Assembly (NCBI RefSeq): GCF_000181795.1
Contig: NW_003526943.1
Span: 11,150,007-11,214,006 of the forward strand
Reading direction: 5' to 3'
DNA length: 64,000 nt
DNA from: Trichinella spiralis
Taxonomy: Eukaryota
The position numbers and the translations under genes are program-made. Below the pieces are notes generated by a model, which saw only the letters and a program-made list of their open reading frames with translations, was not told where the DNA came from and ran no database searches. Positions within the stretch are counted from its first letter, which is position 1, and each line of letters begins with the position of its first letter. Below, one piece after another: positions 52,175 through 64,000 of the stretch.

Positions 52175-55100
52175 TTATGGCCATGTGTGCTTCAGTATGG
52201 AAGTTTTGCAAAGGTTGCAAGATTTTGAACAAACTTTTTGCATGAATTCGGCATTTCTATCATTGCACATACCCCAGTTGGCGTATTGGTTGCAACGTTT
52301 TGCAAACCCTTCACTGTCGGTGCAACGTTTTTCTTGTTGTCGATTTTGGTTGCGGTGGTGTTGTTCTTCCACTGGTTCATCTTCTAATTCGGAGTTACTG
52401 TTGACCGCATCGTCGTAGTCGTTGGATGCAGTTGCAGAATCGGCAGACGAACATTTGTTGCAAGATTTCGCGCATGTTGCAGCCATGAAATGCAAATATC
52501 CGACCCGATTGCAGAAGCCCGTTTCACTCCACTTTTTGCAGTGACCATTCAGATCTTCGCAATGAGTCGGTGGTGCTGTCGATTTGACTTCGGGATCGGG
52601 ATCCCCTTGACACCAGTTGCAAGCTTTGCGGCAATTTTTACGCATGAATTCCGTATTGGATGTGCAATGGTTCATCCACTTCCACAAGTAGCATTCCCAG
52701 CGCTTGTTGTCGCAGTTCACTTCGACGACAGGTCTGGCCGTTGTGACCGGCAGGGTGGTGGTTGTGATCGACGGACGCGGTCTTGCAGACGTGTAACGTC
52801 CACTGTTGGTCAGCCAATTTTCGTCACAGTCGTACAGCTTGTTCAGCTTGAGCAAATCCGACTCGCTGAATCCTCTCCTCTGCCCCATCAGTTCGCCACC
52901 AGGCTTCAGTGCGTGAATTGTGCGCTGGCCGTTGCGACTGAACGCGTATGGACCGTAATGCATGATGCTCCCGTAGTCGTAGCCAACGCCCAGCGTGTCC
53001 ATTGACCGGTAGTCATATTTCTGGAATTGATCCTCATTGTAAGGGACAATATTCTTCCATATTATTTGTATATATTGATCACGATCAGTTCGACTTTGTT
53101 CGTGAAAAAAACCAGCAGTGTGCATCAACTCGTGTATTATAATACCATGCTGCAAAAATTACAATTTATCAGAATTAGCAAAATTTAGAACGAAAAACCA
53201 TTTTATTAACAAACAAATTATCAAATTTATTTATTTCTCTTCTCATGTTTGTTTGTAGTTGAAAAAATTAACTTAAATTTTTGAAACGAAACCTCTTTGA
53301 TCAATGGAAAAAGCCTTCTTTTTGGATAATGTATTATTACCAGTTTTTCCACATAGCAAAAGCGGACTACTTGCTCTAATAATCTGTTTAATGGGTCAAA
53401 GTTTCTACCTATACGTGTATACGTAATTTTGTCGTTAGCTACAGCAGAGCTTGCTGTGAAACGCGTATGCCTGGCTGAATTGGGTTAGAAGCACAAAGCG
53501 AAATTTATTTTCCTCTTTACCCATTCAACTCTTTCATTTAACCTAAAATTACTCTCACCAATCTGAATTAAGTGGAGGGGGGGTATGTACGTCATCTTTT
53601 GTTGTAATTTGAAAAAAAGGAATACTTTTTTTTGCTTTGCCTTCCTATTATATTCGACAGAGAAATATTGAATTTCAAAATTTTAATTATTTCATTTGTA
53701 AACCTTGAATATTTTTTTCAAAGTTTATAAAATTCATACACAATGACTGAAACTATTATATTATTCTGTTAAATTAATTTTGAAAAAAATTAATTGTCCT
53801 TGACAATCAGAAATTGGAATTATTGCAAATGTTAAAAAAAGAATAAAAATGTGAAATTAGATTAAAATAAAATGTAAATTTAAAATCTTAATTGTTGTAA
53901 TTTAATTGTCGATCAACTATTTTAGTGGAACAATTGAAAAAAGTTGTTTTTCACAAGTTTTCCGCCAAAGACGATCACCACAGTCGAGCAAATAAGTGAA
54001 ATTTGAAAGAAAAAAAAAGCATTTACATATTTAAACATGCATAATTTAAATAATATCTTACTTCCATACAACCAGCATCCAAAGACAGCGGCTGTTCTCC
54101 ACCTATTCGACCAACCATTGAAAAGCATCCGTCAACAGGTTCAATGTAGACGTAGTCACGATGCTTGTCCTTATCTCGAGGAACAAAACGGAGGCAGGTC
54201 TTCTTGTGAAAATCGTCCATGGCTTTGGCGATAACTTTCCTACTGTACATACCGTAACGGCTGGATAAAACGTACGGTATGGAACGATCACGCCAACGAT
54301 GCCAACTATCCCGCACTGCGCTGTGGGCGACACCTGTTGGATTGCGCTGAAACGACTGTTGGTTTGAGCCGGCAAAGCCGGCAATGTCGCCTTCGAATTT
54401 TCCCGCCTTCAACAGCGGATCTTCGGGAACGTTGAATCCCAACTTGCGAAGATCCACATCTTCGACGAAGAAATTGTCCGCAAAATCGTCCACATCCAAA
54501 CTTGTTTTGTAATCTGGCTCATCTGAACGGATTATCTGAAAAAAGAGATGAAGCATGCTATTTATTATTTAAAAAAATAAACCGCAAAATATGCAAAACC
54601 GTCCATTGAACTTTATCCAAAATTTCCCACCGTTTTACATGCACGTATTGTTCAAAAAGTTTGAAGAGCAGAAAATGTATTGCATGTTATTTTATTAAAA
54701 TGTTTGCTGAAATACTTCAAAAATGAAGCAATTTTTATAAAGTCGAACACTAGAAATTAACAGTGAACTGTGTGATAATTAATAATTATGCAGTTAATGT
54801 TGAAAATTGATCATCAATAACAACAAATAAATAAGCTTGCAAATATTGCCCAATTGTTATTATACAAAGCCACTTGTGAAGTTGAAATTCAAATTTAACA
54901 AATAGATCAGCAATGAATTGCCGCTATTTGACAAAAACAAGACGACATTTGTTGCATTAAAAATGTATAACCGTGATGAAATAATGAAAATTTCAAAATT
55001 CATCATTGCTAGCGACAACTGCGACTTTTTGTTTCTTGAAATTTCAATTAATTAGCTTGCCAAAAACAGTTGCTAAATTTATTCTCAAATGATAAAATGA

Positions 55101-55383
55101 TCGCATTTGCAGCACAACGTGATGGAAAAGGCCAAATGTTGTATCATATGATTCATTTATGTATATATATACAGCTTGCTATTTGAATGTTTTGCTGCTT
55201 TTTGAATTTAAAAATAAAATTTTCCTCATCATGGCACATGCCCATTTTACAATGAACAATAATAATTAAAATGAATGTTGAAAATTAAAAATATGCACCA
55301 AAAAAATTGCATTTCAAAAATTAATATTAAAAAAATTGAATAATAAGGATAATAAACAAATAAGAAAAAAAATTTCATTTCAT

Positions 55384-55421
<38 letters not shown>

Positions 55422-56885
55422 AATTTAAACATGGTAAAATTAAAAAAGAAAAGAAAGCCATACACGAAGTTATTCAATAAAAAATAACTATGCATATATT
55501 TATTTAAATTTTGAAGTAAACTTTTATTTAAATAAACCGAATCAATTAATCACTGGTGAAAAATCTTTTTTTCAAGATTAAACATTTTCTTATTTGCTTT
55601 TGAAGCATTTTACTTATATAATAAATATGATTATATGGTTTGTTTATATTACATTATAAATATATGTATATGTATTTGTAAAAAGTTGAGCAACTTAATG
55701 TCTTCAAGTAACAGAAGAAATATTTTTAATGAAGCATATTTAATTCTCATTTCTGAATAATATTAATAATGAACAAAATGTTTCTGCATCTTTAGTAATC
55801 TGAGTCATCTGCACACTGCAAGAATCTATCATTGTAAATTGATTTAAATAAAAATAAATGAAAACTCTTAATTTCTACCAGTGATCATGTGTGTGCGTGT
55901 GTGTGTTAGAGTGAAATTGCTGCATATTAGTCATGTAATATTAAAATAATTACACATTGAATTTCTTTCAAGATCCCGTCAAAATAAGAGGGGGAAGTGC
56001 AAAATAAGCACTTGTTAGTTAAAGGAAAATGAAATAAATTATTGCAATTTATCAGGTTATTCATTTGAAATGGATGATTCATTCATATTTATGATATTCT
56101 TCACGCTCACTTCAACTAAACATAACATACCACAAGTAAATGGTGATTAGTCATAAAAATTGAATTTTTCACTAGAATACAAAAGGAAGAAGAAAATCTT
56201 TTAACATTTGCTTATTTTTTAATACGAATCATCATTTTTGAAAGTTCTTCTTATTCAATACTTCAAAATTTACGACGCCTTAAAAATAATATGAATCATT
56301 TTATAGTTTGTTTGTTTATTTATTTAGGCGTTGTAATTATTGTTGAATTGAATGAAAGATCATTCCTCTGAAGTAAATTCTTTTTGTAAAAAAATTTTTA
56401 ATAAAAATAAAGTTCATTTAATATTAAAAAAAATTTAAACTATTAATATGTATGTGAAAGTTGAAAATTTTTGGCAATTATGTGAAATTGAAGTGTACAA
56501 TTTGCCGTAAAAATGTTGAGAAATAGATTACTGAATAAATTATATTTTCAAGAAGAAATATTTCAAGAAAGAGAAAAAGAAAATACATGCAACAAAGTGA
56601 AGTGAAATTTTCATGAAAATGTATATTTTCCAAGAGAAAAAGAGAAGAAAATTTTTCTTAATAAATGTAAAATTAAAAAAGAAGAGAAAAAAAGTTAGCA
56701 TTTATAAATAACAAAATAAGATATAAAATAGTTGCAGTACTTACATCTTCAGGGGTAAGTTTTATGGCATAAGTTTGATAATGATGCGCAGGCAAAAGAA
56801 GAAGAAGAAGAAGATGAAGAAGAACCAACCGGATAACAATGAATGCCGTTGAAAAGTTGGATTTAAATATTCTTTCGCAAAGCAT
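52175..56885 (-). CDS. Astacin (M12A, nas-type) zinc metalloprotease with three ShKT domains, ~529 aa
   Basis: Exons 56885-56745 (signal peptide), 54535-54062 (FEGDI prodomain, KTCLRFVPR, GCFSMVGRIGG), 53149-52175 (HELMHTAGFFHEQSRTDRD, SIMHY Met-turn, Thr-rich linker, three 6-Cys ShKT); all junctions phase 0. Confidence 0.95.
55387..55418. repeat. (TA)n microsatellite in astacin intron 1
   Basis: Uninterrupted AT dinucleotide run. Confidence 0.9.
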
Positions 56886-57248
56886 ATCTGTCGGATTTAA
56901 TGCGAACAAAATTAGTGAATGGATAATTGATGAATTTTAATTTAAATAAATATGATGGTCGAATAAATGAAGAAGAAGAAGATAGAGGGGGGAGAGAGAG
57001 TGAGAGAGGGTATGTGTATGTGCTTTCGTGTGTGCTGTTTTTTTCCAGAAGGAAAAAGTTTAAAACTTCAACAAGCAACGACGGCAGCTTTCAGACAAAC
57101 TGACTGACGTCGGTCTGGGTAGACGACGCATTAGTGTCTTTCTCTTTCTCTCTTCTCTGATGTGCATGTACGTATGCACGTGGTAGGGGTGTTGGGGGTG
57201 CACGGAATGCGCTTTCTTGCCATTCAAAGCGACACCATGGGGGAAATT

Positions 57249-57267
57249 TGCTCACCAGGGGGCGCCA
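57249..57267 (+). promoter_or_regulatory. Candidate CTCF-binding site upstream of the astacin gene
   Basis: TGCTCACCAGGGGGCGCCA, 16/19 identical to the CTCF consensus TGGCCACCAGGGGGCGCTA, in a GC-richer patch ~370 bp upstream of the ATG. Confidence 0.5.
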
Positions 57268-60200
57268 CCGTCGAACTAACTGGAAAATGGCTGTTGCTAG
57301 GGTGGCTTTGAAATGATGCCTGCACCACAAAGGGCCAAAAATGTTTTCAGGCTAGTTTTGCATAATTCTGAACAGAAACTCGACCGAGAAACTGAAATTA
57401 AATAAAAAAAACAACAAAGAAATAAAAAGGAAAATGGAAGTAAAAAAGCAAGCAATGGAAAAGGCTGGGTGAAAAGTAAGAAGCAAAGAAAACCATACTC
57501 AGACGCTGATTATGATGAAGACAAAAAAATGTATGAATAAACAATATTTGAAAAGAAAAATATTTAAAAATAAAAATTGACAATTTTAATTTCAATAATT
57601 AATAATAATATTGATGATAATAATTGAATTGGCTCAAATGGATCAAAAATGATGCTATTTCTGAAATTTGGATGTCCTCGTTATTGTGGGCAAACTGGTT
57701 CAAGCGAAGATTCTCAACGTCCTCTCTTGTGTTTTACTTTTCATTAAACTTTTTTTCTTCCACTTCCGTCAGTTGAAAATTTTAAAAATAATTTTAAATA
57801 AAGTTATTCAAAAAAAATGAAAAAGTAAAATAGTTTATTAAAATCAATTCAACTAAACAATTTAAACTTTACACAAAGCAATAGCATATTTTTTTTTCTA
57901 TCAATGCAAAACGTTGTTTTTCGATTCAGTTCTTTTTTTTTGCTGTTGTTTCATTTTAAATTTAAATCAGTCAACAAAATGTTTACGCACATTTATTTTT
58001 TAAAATAACTTTATCGACGAATAAGTTTGAATGAAATTAATAATTCCATTTCACAACATCACTCACTCTCACTCATTGCAAGCATATGTTTAATGATTGG
58101 AAAAAAGAAAAAATAAATATTTCATTTTGATTAGTTTGACATTTGCCATGAAATCTGAGCAAAAATGAATAATAATTTTATTTTATAATTGTTATGCTAA
58201 AGTTTCTATTTCTTATTGATCAAAATATTTAATGGTTTTACCGGTGAATAGAATGAACAAACGTGCAAAAATTTTACAAAAGAATTTTCAATTTCAAAAT
58301 GAAAAAAAATTCATTTTAAACTTCCAACAGCTGAACTGAAAGTAGTAAAATTTTATTTAAAATTCTTTGACGCTTTCAATTCTAACTGCAAAGTAAATGT
58401 TAATAGCTAAATTTTATGTTAAACAATTCGCATTTCAATAAACACGCAGCATTTCATTTATCGAGAAAGCAATTTTCATACAATTATCTTAAACATATTA
58501 AATGACGGAATATCTCAACGGCTATTTTTATTTATAATGGACAGAAATGTCACATTTCTTTCTTCAATGCATTAAACTTTTTTTAACTTTTTATTTTTCA
58601 AATTATGTAAATTAAATCAAATAACGTATAAAAGGATTTACATTTACTTTACATCGAAAAACTTCAAGCTGCATTAACAACTGACAAATAAAAAAGTCAT
58701 CACAATTGTACTTGATTATTTTACAAAAATTGTAAAGCTTTAAAATATTTGACTGAGAAGGTGTGACTGAATTTCTCAAGTTCACCATTTTTACTGAAGG
58801 TTAGCACAAATACTGTTGAATATAAATTTTTTTTAATTTTCTGAAAAGTACAGCATACTTTTGAAAAAATGGTCATCTTTTTCAGATCAATTTAATAAGA
58901 TCAAAGCACAAGCATTACCGCAACGCATATTATTGTACTGGGATGTCGTTTTAATAAAACGATCGAAAGTGATTTAATTTACTACAGAAATATATTTGCT
59001 ATGTGATTTCCTCAACTCAAACTAAAATATCAACTAAAACAAAAGCAAAATAAAATTTTATTTCACATCATGAAAAAATTGTAATATTTAAACTGTAATT
59101 TAAATTTAATAATACTCGATATTCTTCAACTTGGGAATATCACTTGACTCGAGATTAAATCTCACCGAATGCTTTATAATTAATAGTATACATGATGTGA
59201 CTGAGATGACCAATTTTCATCAATGATCAGATATTTCAAAATTAAAAAAACATTACAATTAACAAACCAACACATGATGCATTTTCAAAAAAATTTGTCA
59301 AAACTGTATCAATAATTCACTGATTTCAAACTTGAAAAAGTTTGATTACTTTTCGGATAAATGCTAAGTTTCTTCATAAAATTTCATTCAAAACCGGTTT
59401 TTTTCCATCTGGACATTAATTCAATTTATTAAAATATGTATGTAATACAATTTTTTGAAAAACTAACTTCTTCCAATTCTCACCAGATTTTTATCATGTT
59501 CATTAGAAATCAAAGATTCTTTAAAAAATTTTAACAATCTTTGTTCACAATATGTTCAAATTTTATTTCTCATACCATTTCTCAAAAATTTAAGAATACA
59601 TTAAATATACTGCAATGAGTTAAAAACAGCAGCTAATTGTGCAAGCACAATCACATTTCATTTTTTCAGTCATGATCGCAAATGTTTCGAATAATTTCAA
59701 AAAAGCTTGATTTGCGTTTTTCAAATTGTAGTGAATTTATTTTCCGAATATATTCTTTGAAATTTTCTTCAAAAATTGCTCATCATAATAAGCATCTTTT
59801 TAAATGTTGCTAAAAAACAATATGATACTCCTTTGTTGTTTAATTATTACAACTAGTTTGTAATTGGAGGATTTGCTATTCATCTTCATCTCAAGGAGTA
59901 AAAAAGTATGGCGCGGTGAAATCAAATTCGAATACTGGATAGTAATGCTCCAAATTTCTATTCAATTATATTCATCGTGCTATTTCTTCAAATAAAAATA
60001 AGTTAAACATGTTTTTGACATATTAAAAGAGAAATTACATGACTGCTGTTTTCTTCATCATATTCCATTTAAATATTTGAAGCCCACTCAAGGCTGCACC
60101 TTATTATTTTAGATAATAAAATATAGGTTATTTTCATTCAAACTTTTATCCAATCATTAAATATCGTAACAATTTTAAAAGTTTAATATACTGTTTTGCA

Positions 60201-60692
60201 CTTACAACAACATTATTTTATTTCTTTTTGGGATATAAAGTTTAATTTATTACAAATAAAGTAACAAAAAATTACCAATGGAATTATTCTTAATTGTTAA
60301 TGAGAATGGATTTCAGTGCTATGTATTTTTTTCATCGGCTTCATTTCAAAAAAACATAAATGAATTAATAGTAATAATGTCAGAAAATGACCAAGAAATA
60401 CAATTGGGTTATAACACATTAATTTAAACAGTAAAACAAAAGAGTACATCGCTGATGGCAGTTTTTTTATAATTACTGAATTTGAGAAGTAATTCTGTGA
60501 AATTTAGTAACATAAATTAAAAACAATAAAAATTATTACATTACATTAATTTAATAACAATAGAAAACGCAGCAATTAATTAAATAAGTTTTTGATAAAA
60601 TTAGAACTACAGTAATTTGGTTTAAACATGAACATCAGTACAATAACATTATTTGTATTATTTCTTACTCTGGTTGAGTAGACTTTTTAGCC

Positions 60693-61748
60693 ATGTTTGG
60701 TAAAATATATATTTCCATATTGAATTTATGATTATATTTTAGATTGTTTTAGGTGACCCTGATTTTTCAGAGCCACAGCAGAATGATCCTTCCAAAGGCG
60801 CTTGTCGGAAATGTGGTTACGTGGGCCATTTGACTTACCAATGCAGAAATTTAATTAAACTTAAAGCGCAAAAAGATGTGGTTATTGATATTTCTTCGAC
60901 AAGCTCAGAAAGCGAAACGGATACCCCTATTGTTGCTGAAGGTAAAAACTTTTTCTGAAAACAATTTGAAACGCATTTACAATTCTTTGAAATGCAGTCT
61001 TTTTGATTATTATATAAGTACATTTATTTTCATTTATGAACTGTAGCTTTATAATTCATATATTATTGAAATATTGAATTGAAAATTTAAAATTCACCAA
61101 GTTCACTTGAAGTTTCAACATACAACGCTTTTAATATATTATTTAATATAATCGAGTATGCGTTACATATTTATATTTAACATTATACAAATAAATTGAC
61201 AAACGAATATTTATTATTTTCAGAAAAGAAAAAGTTGTCTAAGCTGATGAAGAAAAAAGAACGAAAGGAGCGGAAGTAAGATTTCAGTGCATTATTTTAC
61301 AATTTGTATTTAATTTTCTGTGTATATGCATCATATTTTTTACTCGTAGTTTTCTTACCCTACTGCTGTTAATATTTTATACAGAAAGTTCAGAAATGAA
61401 ATGGGAAATTTTTAATGATTATTATTTTTCCACAGAAATTAGTGTTCTTGCTGATTTATTGTAAAAGTGTATTTTTTACTTTAAACAAATAGTAAGTGTT
61501 TAACGGATTTGTTATTTTTACTTTGTTCTTTTTAGTGATAAGAGGAAAAACAAAAATTTGTATTATTTTTTACAAATTGTAGGGAAAAGCGTAAAGAGCA
61601 GGCTGGAAATTCGGAAAAGGGTGAGAAGAAAAGAAAGAAAGAAAGTAAAAGTCGTCACGATGGTAAACGTTATAAAGAACATAAAAAGAAGAAAACGGAA
61701 AAAGTCACTTCAAAGAGGACGGAAAAAGTTAGCCAACAAGGTGACTGA
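60693..61748 (+). CDS. SREK1IP1: SREK1IP1-like zinc-knuckle, Lys-rich protein
   Basis: Exons 60693-60699, 60753-60941, 61224-61275, 61583-61748 in frame; GACRKCGYVGHLTYQCRN..KDVVIDISSTSSESE and K/E-rich tail. Confidence 0.85.
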
Positions 61749-62326
61749 ATTGAAAACAACTTTTTTCCTTGTTTCTCTCAAACGGTTTACTGTAACAATG
61801 ACTTTGTAATGTGCTGAATGGTGGTGCATTGATTCTTTAGAGCTAGTTGCTGATTTATTGAAATTTTAATGGAACAGATTTGCTTAATGAAAGTTAAAAC
61901 AAAAAGCTTTTCAAATTATATAATCCATTTACACTTTTTTAAAAATATATTTGCAGTAAAATTGAAGTAAAAGCTTACGATTGATTGGTTCTGCTGCATG
62001 TTCAATTTATTAACGGTTTTGGTGTGATTTTGTGCTGAATGAATGTCCAGTTAAATAAATATTTCAGCGTATGCGAATTTTAATTATGATTATGAATGTG
62101 AAAAATTCAAAAAAACAGATGAAGAAAAGAAATGAATGATATACTTTGTAAATAATTTTTTGACAAAAATTTTGTATGAGATTTCAAATTGATTTACAGA
62201 GTATGGTGGTTTTTGATTTTTGACGAATGTTGAAAATATTTTAAATTGAAAGTTTTTTTAGAAATGTAAAATTATTGAATAAAATATCGTTTGAATTCCA
62301 ATCTATTCTAAGGTGTATTGTATGAA

Positions 62327-64000
62327 ATGTTAGGATCTTCGGGAAAAAGAACGTTGAATGTTGCGCAAGAGAATCACAGAAACGAACAGACCGTTGCGAA
62401 GAAGAGAAAACCAGGTGACAATTTTGATAATGTTGCTGTTGATGATTTAAATATTTTTTTGTTTCAGAAAAGCTTTCAGCTGAACAATTCCTTCCTGAAG
62501 CGGATGCATCCGATCTGTTCGTTTGCGGTGTCGGTGACATGGGCCAGTTGGGTCTGGGCGATGATGTTCGTGAATGTCACAAATTCAGGAGGGTGAAATT
62601 TAACGATAGCAGTGTGAAAATCAAAATGGTAGCCGCCGGCGGATGTCACAGTTTAGTGTTGACTGATAAAAATGAGGCATGCGCATGTGCAGATTGTTGT
62701 AGTTGACAAGATTGTTTATTTATTTATTTGTTGTTGTTGTTGTTGTATTCAAATTTTAGGTTCTCAGTTGTGGATGCAATGATGAAGGAGCGCTTGGACG
62801 TGCAGTGTTCGAAAATGATGAAGAAGTGGATGAAGATTGTACATTTGCCAAAGTTCAATTTGATCAAGAGGACTTGAATGAGCACGGAGAAATTGCAATG
62901 ATATCTGCTGGTGATAGTCATGGTGCCGCATTGACAGTCAATGGTTCAGTTTTCATTTGGGGACGTTTTCGAGTATGTATTCAATTTTGGAATTTAATTT
63001 CTATTGATCATGCGGTATATAAAATTTAGGGCAAAAATGGCGCTCTGGGATTGATGGTTGACCAGAAAACGAACAAAGTTATTAGCCAAAGCAAAACTCC
63101 TGTACTTTTGTGGTCTTACAAAAATCACAAAATTGTGAAGATCAGTTCGGGATGCAATCATTTGATGTGCCTGGATGAATCTGGAAAAGTTTGGACAATT
63201 GGAGATGGTTCGGATGGTCAGTTGGGTCGAATTTTTCGATTCGATTTCGATTTAGAATCCATACGCGTCACTCGTGAGTTTGGAAGAATTATTTTCCACT
63301 TCTCTTTTGGGAAATAATTTACTTTGGTCAAGTTGAACTTTAGGGCGTTTGTTGTCTTTGGATTGTGTTGAATTGAAGCATAAATGCAAGAATGTATTCG
63401 CAGTTGCTCAGGGATCTTTCGCAATAACCGTCGATGACAACGTCATCGTCTGGGGATTGAACGGATACGCCCAGTTGGGTGAGTATTTGAAATTCGTTTT
63501 ATTGAAATGATATGAAAACTGCCCAAGATACGTTTTGAAGAAAAATATGCACAATTGTACAATTATGCTTCAGGTTTTCCAATTGAGGGGAAAGGTAGTT
63601 TGCAAGTTGTGAAAATTCCCACACCAAGTCCTGAATTCGAATCAAACGGTCCATATGCCTGCTTTTCTGGAGAACATCATATTCTTTCCGCAAATAGACA
63701 GGGTAAATTATTTTTTATTAAAATTTTTTACAACTAATTATTATGATTTTTCACATCAGGAGAACTTTATTCTATTGGACGGGTGTGCGATGGGCGATTG
63801 GGAATTGAAAATTTACAAGCTGAAAATGATATACAGTCAACGTTGCTTCGAGTGGAAAGTTTATCCAAATTTGTACTGGGCGTCACAGCAGCTGGATCAT
63901 GTTCCTTCTGTTGGACGAGGGAAGGTAGAAGAAGAAAATTTCTCTTTTCACGTCGATGTATTATTATTATTATTTAGGCAAAGCTTATTCTTGGGGAGCC
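62327..64000 (+). CDS. RCC1: Regulator of chromosome condensation RCC1 (ran-3-like), runs off the window end
   Basis: N-terminal KKRKP NLS; repeats GVGDMGQLGLG, AAGGCHS, GCNDEGALGR, ISAGDSHGAALT..GSVFIWGRFR, SSGCNHL, GDGSDGQLGR, WGLNGYAQLG, DGRLG. Confidence 0.92.

Noticed and set aside
52490..53005. 171-aa plus-strand ORF
   Set aside because: Antisense to the astacin/ShKT exon
53340..53600. GC-richer patch in astacin intron 2 as MITE or ncRNA
   Set aside because: No convincing TIR/TSD or RNA motif identified
59100..60350. Exon-like fragments on the minus strand
   Set aside because: Could not join them into a stop-free frame or recognise a domain; possibly a decayed gene but unsupported

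Overview
AT-rich eukaryotic (nematode) genomic scaffold with short GT-AG introns, TTTCAG-type acceptors and three N gaps. Gene content and composition resemble a clade I nematode such as Trichinella (inference, not shown by the sequence). Conserved genes: RBBP6 first exon, 3' part of an ADCY9/acy-1-type adenylyl cyclase, tRNA-His, NSRP1/CCDC55, Abitram/FAM206A, a two-exon 7TM receptor, haspin, a TTBK/CK1 kinase, a MICU protein, an astacin with 3 ShKT domains, SREK1IP1 and RCC1. Mobile DNA: a tandem, heavily deleted Gypsy-derived element with cargo, a hAT/Charlie-type non-autonomous element and an intronic piggyBac. Most notable, both obtained by manual exon stitching and missed by the ORF track: (i) a tandemly duplicated gene for a ~272-aa 'mini-Sin3' of two PAH domains only, and (ii) a 279-aa signal-peptide-bearing acidic protein with two FFAT-like motifs. 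Also a Wamide (MIP/AstB-like) neuropeptide precursor, a decayed 119-nt 5S rRNA copy, CTCF-like promoter sites and a probable contig mis-ordering. Family assignments are from motif recognition only; no searches were run.
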